DNA of 64,000 nt from a virus, in the IMG/VR virus record IMGVR_UViG_3300042507_006854, positions 64,001 to 128,000 of that record. One strand, 5' to 3'. The position numbers and the translations under genes were made by a program. This document shows, one piece after another, positions 31,186-41,625 of the stretch. Below the pieces are notes generated by a model. The model saw only the letters and a list, made by a program, of their open reading frames with translations. It had not been told where the DNA came from and ran no database searches. The stretch's first letter is position 1. Every line of letters begins with the position of its first letter.

Positions 31186-31896
31186 TTAAAAAATATTTAA
31201 ATTTGAAGAGAATGTTTCTTCAACAATTCTTCTTGCTTCTTTATCCTCAGAATCTTTAACAGCGTAAACTAACTTATTATTATAAATACTACATTTATAA
31301 ATAGAATCTCCAGCTAAGTTTTTAATTTCTTTAAAGTTGCCTTTAAAATCAATTAAATATGAACGATAAACGCCATCCAAATCTGAAACAGTTATAATAA
31401 ACCTGTCTTCTTGTTCAAAAACATTTGTTAATCTATAAATAAATTTATATTCAAAAGGTAATTTAAATAGTTCATCGTTAACAATTAATTTATCATGACC
31501 ATGTTTATGATCTATAGAAAACAATTTATTTTGAATCAAGCAAGAGCTAAACGATCTTGTTATTATGTTCATATCTCCAATAATATTTAAATTGGAATCT
31601 ATAGGGATATTAATATAACAATATACAATAGGTGTATTTAAACCTTGATTAAAACCAGCTGTATAGCCAAGATAAAGATTATTATCTTTAATTAAAATAT
31701 GTGGATTACACTCTACGAGAATATCTCCATAAATGCCATATTTCGGGGTATTAATTTCAGATTCAACATTATTCGAATCTTTCTTCCAAATTTTCCACGG
31801 AACGAGTTCGTATTCTCCGCCAAAATTTAATTTAATAGAATTTTCTGCAGAACAATATAGTAAGAAATTAGAAGATAAATAAGGTTGATGTTTCAT
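31186..31896 (-). CDS. Hypothetical protein (beta-rich)
   Basis: 236 aa ORF, last in cassette B. Confidence 0.6.
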   Translation of the reverse strand: MKHQPYLSSNFLLYCSAENSIKLNFGGEYELVPWKIWKKDSNNVESEINTPKYGIYGDILVECNPHILIKDNNLYLGYTAGFNQGLNTPIVYCYINIPIDSNLNIIGDMNIITRSFSSCLIQNKLFSIDHKHGHDKLIVNDELFKLPFEYKFIYRLTNVFEQEDRFIITVSDLDGVYRSYLIDFKGNFKEIKNLAGDSIYKCSIYNNKLVYAVKDSEDKEARRIVEETFSSNLNIF

Positions 31897-31913
31897 TTTT
31901 TTATTAATTTTGT

Positions 31914-32660
31914 TTATTCCAATGAATCTAAAAGAATGTCCAAACTCCGTGAAGATGTAGTTGAAGGGTCATTGCCTCCACAGTTTTTTCTTAGTTCCAT
32001 ATACCCAGGATAAGTATAACCAGGTGGTTTAAATTTATTAGGCGGTTTACAACTATCACCATAATTGACTCCAGCACCCGCTTCTACGAGTGAATAATTA
32101 CAACCACAACCACCGCTACCATTTTGTTGATTTCTTTGAGCTTGTCGCATAGCTCTTTCTAAAGTTGCCACTGGATCCATGTCACCCTCAAGTTGTGCAG
32201 CATCAAAAGCGTCATAGAATTCTTGTTCTCTGTCGGTTGGTCCGCCCGATTCGCAACCTGTTAACGCACTAGCTACGGCGGCAGCGCTCCCTGCACCAGC
32301 TAACCATTTAGCCGTGCGCGCGGGACCACTTTGTTTAAGTTCTTCTGTAGCTTTATCTATCATACTATTACCAATACCATTTGCAATTTTTGACTGTAAT
32401 TCTTGACAAGTGTAATTACTATCCGATCCAGGAAAAAATTTTTCATTACTCTTGCCAGATTTAAGGTTAGTATAAGATTGATGAAATCCTCTACCACCAT
32501 TCGGACCCCAATGAGAAGTTTTCCAAGAGCCACCCAAAACAATGTCATCTGGTGTTGGTAAAGCTCCACAACTATTTAATTTATCTGCCGCAGCTTTTTT
32601 AGCGCAACTTGGGAAAGCAAATCGCATGGCTTTTATAAATTCAATTACAGCTTTTATCAT
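31914..32660 (-). CDS. Hypothetical Ala/Gly/Cys-rich protein
   Basis: 248 aa; internal hydrophobic helix ending LTGC. Confidence 0.65.
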   Translation of the reverse strand: MIKAVIEFIKAMRFAFPSCAKKAAADKLNSCGALPTPDDIVLGGSWKTSHWGPNGGRGFHQSYTNLKSGKSNEKFFPGSDSNYTCQELQSKIANGIGNSMIDKATEELKQSGPARTAKWLAGAGSAAAVASALTGCESGGPTDREQEFYDAFDAAQLEGDMDPVATLERAMRQAQRNQQNGSGGCGCNYSLVEAGAGVNYGDSCKPPNKFKPPGYTYPGYMELRKNCGGNDPSTTSSRSLDILLDSLE

Positions 32661-32662
32661 AT

Positions 32663-33598
32663 TTAAAATCTCCTATAATCGGGTTTGTTTTGAATGTTTG
32701 TAGTATTTGGTTTTAATGGGTTCATATTTAAAACTCTATTACCAAAAACCTCTACATCAAAATATTTTCTAGTTTTTACTTCGACATATGGAAAATGAAT
32801 AAAAATTATAAATTCTAACGGTTTTTGAACAATACTCTTGTCATTATTAAATTCATTTAGTAATGAAGATCTTAAACTTGAAGTTAAATTATTAAAAGTT
32901 GATGAATTCCAACTTTTCGCCGCAATATGTGGAATAATAGATCTTTGTGGTAAATTATTTATTATATTGTAAATAGATTCTATAAAAAGATATGTAATTG
33001 ATCTATTAATAGATGGATCCATTAAAAATTCTATATTAGAATTTACAGGCGTATTTTTTAGAGGGCCATACCACGGATTTGTTCCGGATGGGTTCGCTGT
33101 ATAATATACATCATGATAAAAACTGCCACATTTATTATTAGCAGATAATGAATTAAAAAGTTTTTTATTTTCTAATTCATAATTAATTGTGTTAGCGAAG
33201 ACCTCAAGGCTATCCCTATTAATTATTTGATTTTCTCTATTAATTGGATAATAGAATCCTGATATTAATGATAATTTACTATTTAAATATTTAATTAAAG
33301 GATCAGGATTAGAATTTTCATTATTATTTACCAAGGTCGTGGGATATGGACGACTAACGTCATTAGTAATATCAACTGTTATTAAACGAGATGGATAAAA
33401 ATTAATATCAATATTTGCAATATTTGTTCGAAAACCTTGTTCATGATGAACTATTGTAGACAGTTCTTCAATATTAAGACCTGTTTCAGGAGTTTTATCT
33501 AAAAAAACTACTCGGGCTGCATACCATTGAGGATTCGTTGGGCTGAATTTTTGAGTTAATGGGGTTAATGCAGTATTCATATTTATGTATAGCTCCAA
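32663..33598 (-). CDS. Hypothetical protein
   Basis: 311 aa ORF; start may be a few codons later. Confidence 0.6.
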   Translation of the reverse strand: MELYINMNTALTPLTQKFSPTNPQWYAARVVFLDKTPETGLNIEELSTIVHHEQGFRTNIANIDINFYPSRLITVDITNDVSRPYPTTLVNNNENSNPDPLIKYLNSKLSLISGFYYPINRENQIINRDSLEVFANTINYELENKKLFNSLSANNKCGSFYHDVYYTANPSGTNPWYGPLKNTPVNSNIEFLMDPSINRSITYLFIESIYNIINNLPQRSIIPHIAAKSWNSSTFNNLTSSLRSSLLNEFNNDKSIVQKPLEFIIFIHFPYVEVKTRKYFDVEVFGNRVLNMNPLKPNTTNIQNKPDYRRF

Positions 33599-36327
33599 AC
33601 TTTAAGTGGACCTCCGTTTATAGTCGTCCAGCGGTCTAAAATTGTATAACCATTGCCTAAAATAGGCTCAGATATATAAATATCACTACCCTGACCGCTC
33701 AATTTACAATAAATATCATTATTTGATAATTTAAAGCATCCTCCAGAATTTGGTGGAATATTAGCGATAGAATAATAATTATAATTACCAGGTTTAATTC
33801 CAGTAAAATAATTTTCAAAATATTGTCCTATAAGAAAACTTTTAATTCTACGGTCATTCGCGGTATAATTAACAATTTCTGGCAAAAATTTTCTTATCTT
33901 TGCAATGTAAGAATTTCTTTCAAACTTTCTATATTTTAGTTTATTTTTCCAAAAAGCTTCATTTAAAGAATTAAATGAGATACTATAAAAAGTTTTTTTT
34001 GTATTATATTCTTGTAACATCATTATCATTTTAATATAAACATCTTGTACCGAATTAGATCCATAATAATCATGCACTAATAAAAATTCATTTGTTGTTC
34101 CACATGGATTTTCACTTGTTGATAGGTATTCAATAAATAATTGAGTACCACTTGGTATAATTCCATTCCAAGTTCCGGTATTAAAAGTTTTACCGCCATT
34201 CCCAGTTGTATAAATTCCACTGTATAACTTATAAAACCAAGTATCTTTTATAGGAGTTGTTTGTTTTAAATGGTCACTAATTTTATATAAATCATTATTT
34301 ATTAAATGATATCCAAATATAGATTGATTAGCTTGCTCTGTAATTTGTTGGGTTGTTAAGCCTGGATATAAATTATATAATGCTGGATTTTGGGCAACCC
34401 AATCTTGAGTCACGTATCCACTTTTTGGCCAAAGACCACTACCCGTAGTAGCTGTATTAAGTCTTTCTATATATGGTTTAGAATATAATCCAGAATCTGG
34501 AAATACAAAACCACTATTATTATGAAAAGAGTCTAGGTCATACCCAAGAATTGTAATTCCAGAAACTACTTTTCTATATTCTAAACTTGGGGCCGATAAT
34601 CTTCTTATATAATCTCTTCCGATTAGTATAGTTGTTTCAATTCCGCTATTATGAATTATATTACTCCAATATCTTTGTTGTGTAGTGTTTGTTGTTAATG
34701 CGAATCCAGACCAATTAATTCCGTTAGATGACTTAAAACCGCTAGAAGTTTGTGAATAATTGTCTGGAATAATAGTCCATTCTTTACCATCATGAGTAAT
34801 TCCGGCCCAGCTTGTATTAGCTGGTAAAGTTCCTACAGACCATCCGCTACCATTTGTAGAAGTAAGATATTGATTGCCATATGATGGTATCCCAATAAAT
34901 CTTCCATTTGCAAATTGTATATCTTTAATATAAAGACTTCCTGGAAGTGAGAATTCTTGCCAATTAATCCCATTTAGAGAAATAGCTCCCATAGGAGAAG
35001 AGTAAAATCCGCCACCAGCATTATTAATAGCGACCCATTTACCATCTCCATAAGCTAAAGATCTATAATCTGTTTGGCCAGCAGATGTTGGTAATGCTGC
35101 ATTTCCACTCCAATTTACTCCGTCTGTAGAAGTAATAGTTCTATCAGAACTATCTCTACCTAATATTACCCAACGATTGATACCATTAAAAACAATTTTT
35201 TTGAACTGCGTCATTGGGAAATATTGACCGTTATTACTTCCATTTATATCTATTTCTGACCATGTTTGTCCATTATTAGTGGACGTAGCCCCTTTTGCAA
35301 AAGAAACATTATGAAAGGATGGAAGAGCTATCCAACGACCTGTTCCATAAGCGATATTTGCCCATAGAGCGGTATGAGGTAAAGCTTCAATACGTAATTC
35401 CCAACTTTTTCCATTTTGTGATCTAGCGAGATCTGTTGTGCTACCACCATATTTGTTTGACCCAACTGCAATCCAATAACCACTACCATAATCAGCATCC
35501 ATCCACTGCCCATCAAGCCTTGTTTCAACATCTTTTTGTTGTTTAGACAGCGAAACTTCTATATTCTCTACAATTGTATTAAAAAATTGTTTTTCGGCTT
35601 TGTGTGGGCTAATATAGACTATTTTTTGGTTAGTTGGTGTTCCCGTACTTAAAATTAATAATCCATTCATTGGGGCATTTGGTAAAAATGCATTTCTAAC
35701 TAATTTTGTGGGTATATTATATTTTGGATAAGTTTGTTGGAAAATTGTTTGTGGATATGGTACATAAGCCCCAGAATAAGATACGAAATGATTTTTTTCT
35801 TCTAAAGATTTAATAATCGGGTTATTAATATTAGGAGTTTTATATGTTGTAAAATATCCTGATAATGTATTTGTATTTGATACTTTCCATTCTCTTGGAA
35901 AAGAAAATCTTGCGTAAGATTTAAGAGGGTCTGTATTTCTAACATGTGACGCTGGTAATTTAAGCATCTTGCTATAAAATTTTTGGTCAAAAAAATCTAA
36001 ATGAATTAAATTCATTTTAAAACTTTCTAGCTCCCCATATTTTTTTTCAAAAAATTCTGAAAAAGCTTTATAATAAATATCTGAAGGTAATTTATTATTT
36101 GACCATATAACTTTGCCGTAATACCCAGCACTATTACTATCATTAAAAAATTCTATTTGTTTTTCTGCAACAATCGCATGATTTGGATTTTTTAAAGTTC
36201 CAAAATTTGCGTTTTTTGTAATGAATGACGCCAATGCCGCATTTTTATTAGGAACTAAATTTACGTTTTCAAGTAACGAAAGTGTTCCGCCTAATCCAAG
36301 ATTAGTTGCATCATTATAAATACTCAT
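33583..36327 (-). CDS. Ribozyme-linked large protein, paralog B, with inserted Asp-box-like repeat domain
   Basis: Family motifs plus repeated S.[DN]G..W / AYG.G.W.A units. Confidence 0.78.
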   Translation of the reverse strand: MSIYNDATNLGLGGTLSLLENVNLVPNKNAALASFITKNANFGTLKNPNHAIVAEKQIEFFNDSNSAGYYGKVIWSNNKLPSDIYYKAFSEFFEKKYGELESFKMNLIHLDFFDQKFYSKMLKLPASHVRNTDPLKSYARFSFPREWKVSNTNTLSGYFTTYKTPNINNPIIKSLEEKNHFVSYSGAYVPYPQTIFQQTYPKYNIPTKLVRNAFLPNAPMNGLLILSTGTPTNQKIVYISPHKAEKQFFNTIVENIEVSLSKQQKDVETRLDGQWMDADYGSGYWIAVGSNKYGGSTTDLARSQNGKSWELRIEALPHTALWANIAYGTGRWIALPSFHNVSFAKGATSTNNGQTWSEIDINGSNNGQYFPMTQFKKIVFNGINRWVILGRDSSDRTITSTDGVNWSGNAALPTSAGQTDYRSLAYGDGKWVAINNAGGGFYSSPMGAISLNGINWQEFSLPGSLYIKDIQFANGRFIGIPSYGNQYLTSTNGSGWSVGTLPANTSWAGITHDGKEWTIIPDNYSQTSSGFKSSNGINWSGFALTTNTTQQRYWSNIIHNSGIETTILIGRDYIRRLSAPSLEYRKVVSGITILGYDLDSFHNNSGFVFPDSGLYSKPYIERLNTATTGSGLWPKSGYVTQDWVAQNPALYNLYPGLTTQQITEQANQSIFGYHLINNDLYKISDHLKQTTPIKDTWFYKLYSGIYTTGNGGKTFNTGTWNGIIPSGTQLFIEYLSTSENPCGTTNEFLLVHDYYGSNSVQDVYIKMIMMLQEYNTKKTFYSISFNSLNEAFWKNKLKYRKFERNSYIAKIRKFLPEIVNYTANDRRIKSFLIGQYFENYFTGIKPGNYNYYSIANIPPNSGGCFKLSNNDIYCKLSGQGSDIYISEPILGNGYTILDRWTTINGGPLKVWSYT

Positions 36328-36335
36328 AAGTTTTT

Positions 36336-36401
36336 AACCAACAGAAGAATTTTTTTTCATACCGGGATTCAATCCGGCCGAAATGATTTACTTCCACTTA
36401 T
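36336..36401 (-). ncRNA. Predicted 66-nt circular RNA exon B
   Basis: Between omega-G (36402) and UGGUU|AAAAA pairing with IGS GACC. Confidence 0.6.
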
Positions 36402-36640
36402 CAACGTGTTATCGTGCGGGAGTTTACCCCGCACATCTCTACGTCACCGTAGAGTTCAGACTATATCTTGTTTACGTTTGCACGTAAATCAGGGCGCTCG
36501 TGGGAAGATTACTGTCCGTTCTGGACTCGCTTCCTAGTCGTTACACCTTTTTCGTATTCCTACGAAACTTGGCTCGGTATTGTCTTTGCCGCGTTAGCGG
36601 CAAAGAGTTCCACCGAATTCACCCCGAAAGGTCATATTAA
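36402..36640 (-). ncRNA. Group I ribozyme copy B (permuted)
   Basis: Core 36407-36629 reads identical to 30908-31130; ends CACGUUG. Confidence 0.9.
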
Positions 36641-36643
36641 TAT

Positions 36644-36667
36644 TTTAAAGAACAGTAATAATTACAC
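36644..36667 (-). promoter_or_regulatory. GTGTAA promoter motif plus boxA-like GTTCTTTAAA ahead of ribozyme B (equivalents at 31141-31168, 40519-40542, 48799-48823)
   Basis: Same arrangement before all four ribozymes; the boxA-like motif also precedes the tmRNA, tRNA-Val and the 58.5 kb RNA. Confidence 0.65.
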
Positions 36668-36700
36668 TTAAATATTTGAAATGTAGATTTTTTTATAAAA

Positions 36701-37468
36701 TTATCTTTTATATTGACTTGGAACTGGGAAATTATTACATTTTTTGGGTTCTATATCATTATTATTTAATAGTCTATAACTTTGTAGATTTACTTTATTT
36801 TTTGATTTAAATTTAATTATAGGAGAGGTAAAAACAATATCTAGATTTAAGGCATGAGGAACAATAGTCCCACGATTTCCAGTTTTTGATTCTAATTCTA
36901 TTTGTTTTTGCTCGGTTGGTATACTTCCCATTGCGTAACCATAACAATCAAAATAATCTTTTTCCGGATTAGTAGCGTCAGTCCATTGGTTGTTTATATT
37001 TTTATATCTAATTAAACCAAGATTTAATTCAAGATCTTCTTTTTTATATTCATTATTCAAGTATTTATTTAATAAAGATGAGAATTGCTTTGAAGAACGA
37101 ATATCTTGATTATTTTCAGTATAATTGCTTCCTAAAGATTTAAACTCTAACGAAAATTCTTGAAAGTCTGGTTGTGGTCCTTCCCATTTTGGGCTTTTAG
37201 GGCCGATTCTTGGAATAAAATTTGTATAGGGTTTTGTTGAGAAATTTCCAGGTTTTAAAATTTTCTTATAGTGTTGAGAGCGTACTATTTTTTGATTATA
37301 ATTTTCAACAATTACCGATTCAGAATCTTGTGTTAAGATGTTAGTAATATTTATAAATACTTGATCTGGCGGAGCCACCGAAGTCGTTTCTAAATTAATC
37401 CGTTTTCCGCCCAGAGAAATAGAAGTTCTTACACCATGTTTAAAATTTGTTGTGTCGATATTAATCAT
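36701..37468 (-). CDS. Hypothetical protein
   Basis: 255 aa ORF, cassette C. Confidence 0.6.
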   Translation of the reverse strand: MINIDTTNFKHGVRTSISLGGKRINLETTSVAPPDQVFINITNILTQDSESVIVENYNQKIVRSQHYKKILKPGNFSTKPYTNFIPRIGPKSPKWEGPQPDFQEFSLEFKSLGSNYTENNQDIRSSKQFSSLLNKYLNNEYKKEDLELNLGLIRYKNINNQWTDATNPEKDYFDCYGYAMGSIPTEQKQIELESKTGNRGTIVPHALNLDIVFTSPIIKFKSKNKVNLQSYRLLNNNDIEPKKCNNFPVPSQYKR

Positions 37469-37481
37469 AAATTTTATTTTT

Positions 37482-38336
37482 CTAACCTATTACTGGCCAT
37501 AGTTGTGCCCCTCCGTTCTGTGAAGAATTTTGTGCTTCTCCGTCTATTTCATCTGAACAGCTATCGCCCCCATCGTCTGTTTCGTCTAAATCTTCCTCTT
37601 TTTCATCTTCTTCTTCTTCGTTTTCGTCGTCATCGTCTTTATCGGGCGGATAATCTTTATTACGTTTTCTATTCTTATCGGGTCTTTTATCTCTACATCC
37701 TGGACAATTTGGATCATTATTACTTATTACCGTATCATCGGGATTTAGTAATTCATTTGCCAAAGCGCCTACCGCTCCTGCAGCGAGAGTCGCGGCGGCT
37801 CCAACTCCTTGAGGACTACTGAGAGCGCCATCTATCGCAGCTTTTGTAGCCGCTTTAGCTTCTGCATTTAAAGCTGTTTGCTCCATTTTTGCTAAGCCAT
37901 GAGCATGCTCTCTTATAAAATTTTCTTTACGTACAGTTTGATTTAACAGGTCAGATTTTCTCACCTCGTTAAAATTTTCCATTAGAGATTTAGCGCTTGT
38001 ATCTCCACGCCAAGCTGCTTGTTTAGACGCTTTATCCCATAAGCTTGCTGGAGAGGATGGTTTGAGAATGTTGTCTCTTAAATAACCTTGCATTTCGGGC
38101 CTATTAAGTTGTGCCCTTGCAGCTTGAGTTATTCCATCTCGACCAGTATTATTTACGATAGTATTACTAACTTCACCGATTTTATATCCAGGTTTACCAA
38201 CACCAGCCTTTAATCCTTGAGAAATACCTCTTGATGTTGACCACGATTTACTTACAGCCTTTGCTGCTGCAGCCACTGCAGCGCTTTGTGTCGCAGCTCT
38301 TGCGGCGAGTCCACCTAATAGTAAAGGAAATCCCAT
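37482..38336 (-). CDS. Ala-rich protein with acidic C-terminal tract
   Basis: Hydrophobic Ala/Gly helices, CPGC, poly-D/E. Confidence 0.65.
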   Translation of the reverse strand: MGFPLLLGGLAARAATQSAAVAAAAKAVSKSWSTSRGISQGLKAGVGKPGYKIGEVSNTIVNNTGRDGITQAARAQLNRPEMQGYLRDNILKPSSPASLWDKASKQAAWRGDTSAKSLMENFNEVRKSDLLNQTVRKENFIREHAHGLAKMEQTALNAEAKAATKAAIDGALSSPQGVGAAATLAAGAVGALANELLNPDDTVISNNDPNCPGCRDKRPDKNRKRNKDYPPDKDDDDENEEEEDEKEEDLDETDDGGDSCSDEIDGEAQNSSQNGGAQLWPVIG

Positions 38337-40201
38337 TAGCTACCTCCCCCCGCTGCCGATGGAGCTAATTTAAAATTTGAATGTCTACGAGAAAACGTAT
38401 TTAAAGAAGGATAAGCTTTCAATCTTTTTCTATTAAAAAAGGTAAGAGATCTTTTCATGCGATTTGTTTGTGTCATAAGTAGTGGGAATTTATTTATTAT
38501 ATTTTTTACATATAAATTTCTTTTATATACCTCAAATTTTTGAAAATTTTTCCAAAAACCGTCCTCCATAGAATTAAAAGATATAGAGGTAAATTCTTTA
38601 GAAATACTAGTATCAAATAATAAAGATAATCCCATTGATTTTTTAATGGACACATCTATCAAAGAATTATCTCCATAATTAGAATGAACTAGCAAAAAGT
38701 CTGCATTTGTACCGCATGGTTCTTCGTTAGTGCTAAGATATTCCATAAAAACAGTTGTTCCGCTAGGTATAATTCCATTCCAAGTACCCAAATTAAATGT
38801 TTTATTTCCGGTATATAAGCCACTATATAATTTGTAAAATAAAGTATTTTGAATCGGAATTTCTTGTTTTAAGAAATTATTTACTTTATAGACATTACAA
38901 TCTAATAACATTGATACAAAATAATTTAAATTCGCCTGTTGTAAATTATCTAAACCAGAAATAAAAGAAATATTATCTGGAGCTGGCGCGCTTCCGCTTA
39001 TAAATGAATTCATAGTATTAAGATATGTTAACATTTCATTCGTAATTAATCCGGAAATAGGCCAGGTGCTCATAATACCTGTATCTCCTAAATTAGCTAA
39101 TTCCGTGGGACTTTTAGAAATCAAACCTGTTGGAAATACAAAACCATTATTTACATATATTGAATTTACGTCTATCCCAGGAACCGAAATACCATATGAT
39201 GTTTTAACATAATTTAAAATTCCTGTATAACCAGTAAATGAACATGATCTAGGATCACTTGGATTAATATATTTTTTACATCTGAAGTTATTAAATGGTT
39301 TAAAATTTTGAACACTCGTTTCGAAAGTTTCTACTACTGTATTAAAAACTCTTGTGGATCCGCTATGTGGTGAAATATACACAATTTTCTGAGAATAATG
39401 ATTACCAGTAGAAATTAGTAAAATACCATTAAGATTACTATTTGCAGAAATAGAATTTTGAGTAATTACGGTGTCAATATTTAATCTTGGTAATTGATGC
39501 AAGTAAATTGATTGTGGATAGATTACATATCCAGAATAATCTTTATTATAAATAAAATTATTAATGTTATTTATAGCATTTAATGTTGCTAAATTTCCAG
39601 TAACAAAAGATCTTCTTAAATTTCCAGTTAATTGTTCAAAATTATAAACATTTGGAGAATCGATATAATCAATAATTCCGGTCGATAAGCCAGAATTAAA
39701 AAAACCAGTTACTGGAACTGATTTAATACCAGATAAAATTTTTGTATTGTGGACGCCCCAATCTTTTGGAAATGAAAATCTTACATAATCTAATAGAGGA
39801 TGGGTATCTTCATTATTAAAGTTTTTGTTTATTCTTATAAAATTAAAAAATCCTTGATCAAGAGTATCTCTTTGAATAGGTGGAGTATCGATACTATACA
39901 ATTCACCATAAAAAGTATGAGAATATTTTGAAATAGTTTTAAAATAATCTTTAACATTTAAAGGATGTTCGGTCCAAACGATTTTGCTATGATAAGCTTT
40001 TAAATTCTCATCTATAGAATTATCAATTTCTTTTTGTAGTACAAGCGCAGTGTTAGGGACTCTTAAAGTACCAAGGTTATCGATAGAAATAATATAACCA
40101 TTTAATTTTGTGTTGAGAGAAGGGGTTAGATCAACGTTCTCTAACAAATTAATAGGCCCTCCAAACCCAATTTTACTAGCATCGGAAATTAGTTGTTGCA
40201 T
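38336..40201 (-). CDS. Ribozyme-linked large protein, paralog C
   Basis: NLGTLR, KIVYISPH, FYKLYSG, TFNLGTWNGIIPSG. Confidence 0.75.
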   Translation of the reverse strand: MQQLISDASKIGFGGPINLLENVDLTPSLNTKLNGYIISIDNLGTLRVPNTALVLQKEIDNSIDENLKAYHSKIVWTEHPLNVKDYFKTISKYSHTFYGELYSIDTPPIQRDTLDQGFFNFIRINKNFNNEDTHPLLDYVRFSFPKDWGVHNTKILSGIKSVPVTGFFNSGLSTGIIDYIDSPNVYNFEQLTGNLRRSFVTGNLATLNAINNINNFIYNKDYSGYVIYPQSIYLHQLPRLNIDTVITQNSISANSNLNGILLISTGNHYSQKIVYISPHSGSTRVFNTVVETFETSVQNFKPFNNFRCKKYINPSDPRSCSFTGYTGILNYVKTSYGISVPGIDVNSIYVNNGFVFPTGLISKSPTELANLGDTGIMSTWPISGLITNEMLTYLNTMNSFISGSAPAPDNISFISGLDNLQQANLNYFVSMLLDCNVYKVNNFLKQEIPIQNTLFYKLYSGLYTGNKTFNLGTWNGIIPSGTTVFMEYLSTNEEPCGTNADFLLVHSNYGDNSLIDVSIKKSMGLSLLFDTSISKEFTSISFNSMEDGFWKNFQKFEVYKRNLYVKNIINKFPLLMTQTNRMKRSLTFFNRKRLKAYPSLNTFSRRHSNFKLAPSAAGGGS

Positions 40202-40209
40202 ATTTTTTT

Positions 40210-40280
40210 AACCAATGAATAGATTACCTGGAGCTCTAGCTTTTCTGGGTGCCGGAGCTTTATTCTTTCTATACAATTAT
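40210..40280 (-). ncRNA. Predicted 71-nt circular RNA exon C
   Basis: Between omega-G (40281) and UGGUU|AAAAA pairing with IGS GACC. Confidence 0.6.
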
Positions 40281-40515
40281 CAACGTGTTATCGTGCGGGA
40301 GTTTACCCCGCACATCTCTACGTCACCGTAGAGTTCAGACTATATCTTGTTTACGCTTGCGCGTAAATCAGGGCGCTCGTGGACAGTTTATTGTTTTGTG
40401 CTACTCACTGTCTAGTCGTTGCACCTTCTACTTACTATTGCACTTCAGTAGCTTGGCTCAAGATTGTCTTCTTAAAAAGAGTTTCCTTGAATTCACCCCG
40501 AAAGGTCATATTTAA
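40281..40515 (-). ncRNA. Group I ribozyme copy C (permuted)
   Basis: P/Q/R/S conserved; compensatory changes in P4 (UUCAAG/CUUGAG) and P8. Confidence 0.9.
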
Positions 40516-40593
40516 ATTTTTAAAGAACATCCTTTATTACACATTTTTAAATAAAAACCTTGTTTTTTTTAAAAAAAACTTTATAATTCTTTT

Positions 40594-41625
40594 ATGGCTG
40601 AAAATATCAATACAATTAAAAATAAACTAAATCAATATTTTAAAATTGGTAAGAATGTATTACTTGAAGGCCGTCATGGAACTGGAAAAACAAGTCTTGT
40701 CACAGAAGTATTTAGTAAAAATTGTAAAAATTGGCTTTATTTTTCTGGGTCAACCCTCGACCCATGGGTAGATTTTGTTGGAGTTCCCAAAGAAATTAAA
40801 AAAGGGAATGATTATGTTCTTTCGTTTGTTCTTCCGGAAAAAATGGCAGACGATAAAGTAGAAGCTATTTTTATTGATGAGTATAATCGTAGCCACAAAA
40901 AAATTCGCAATGCTACTATGGAACTTGTTCAGTTCAAAAGCATTAATGGGCGTAAATTCCCCAATCTTAAAGTTGTATGGGCTGCTATTAATCCAAGCGA
41001 TGACGAAGAAGAATACGACGTAGAAGAACTAGATGGCGCACAAACAGATCGTTTTCAAATTAGAATCAAAGTTCCATTTGTTCCTGATATTGAGTATTTC
41101 CAAAATAAATTTGGTAACGATTGGGCCAAATCAGCCCTTGAATGGTGGAATGGAATGCCAGATAAAGCTAAAAAATTAGTATCACCACGTAGGCTTGATT
41201 ATGCACTAGAAATTCATAAAGAAGGTGGGGATATCTTTGACGTTATTCCACTAGAAACAAACCCAACAAAGTTAATTGCAACATTAAAACTCGGAAGTCT
41301 TGAAGATAAAATCAAAAGTCTTTATAAACTAAAAGATGCAAAAAAAGCTCAACAATTTTTTGAAGACGAGAATAGTTTTCAAGCTGCGTTACCAATTATT
41401 AAAAGAAAAGCTGATTACATGAAATTCTTTTTACCAACTATTGATAACGAACGCATTACTTCTCTTTTCTTCAGCGATGCACATTATAAAACATTTATTT
41501 TAGATCATGCTCCATATTTTAAACCAGCATTAGAAGAAATTTCAAAATTAAAATCTGTTAGTAAAGATGATATTCGTATGATTAATCATGCTCTTAAACA
41601 AGTGGGAAATATTACTTATTTTTAA
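40594..41625 (+). CDS. MoxR/dynein-related AAA+ ATPase
   Basis: GRHGTGKT, FIDEYNR, AAINP, DRF. Confidence 0.85.
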   Translation: MAENINTIKNKLNQYFKIGKNVLLEGRHGTGKTSLVTEVFSKNCKNWLYFSGSTLDPWVDFVGVPKEIKKGNDYVLSFVLPEKMADDKVEAIFIDEYNRSHKKIRNATMELVQFKSINGRKFPNLKVVWAAINPSDDEEEYDVEELDGAQTDRFQIRIKVPFVPDIEYFQNKFGNDWAKSALEWWNGMPDKAKKLVSPRRLDYALEIHKEGGDIFDVIPLETNPTKLIATLKLGSLEDKIKSLYKLKDAKKAQQFFEDENSFQAALPIIKRKADYMKFFLPTIDNERITSLFFSDAHYKTFILDHAPYFKPALEEISKLKSVSKDDIRMINHALKQVGNITYF

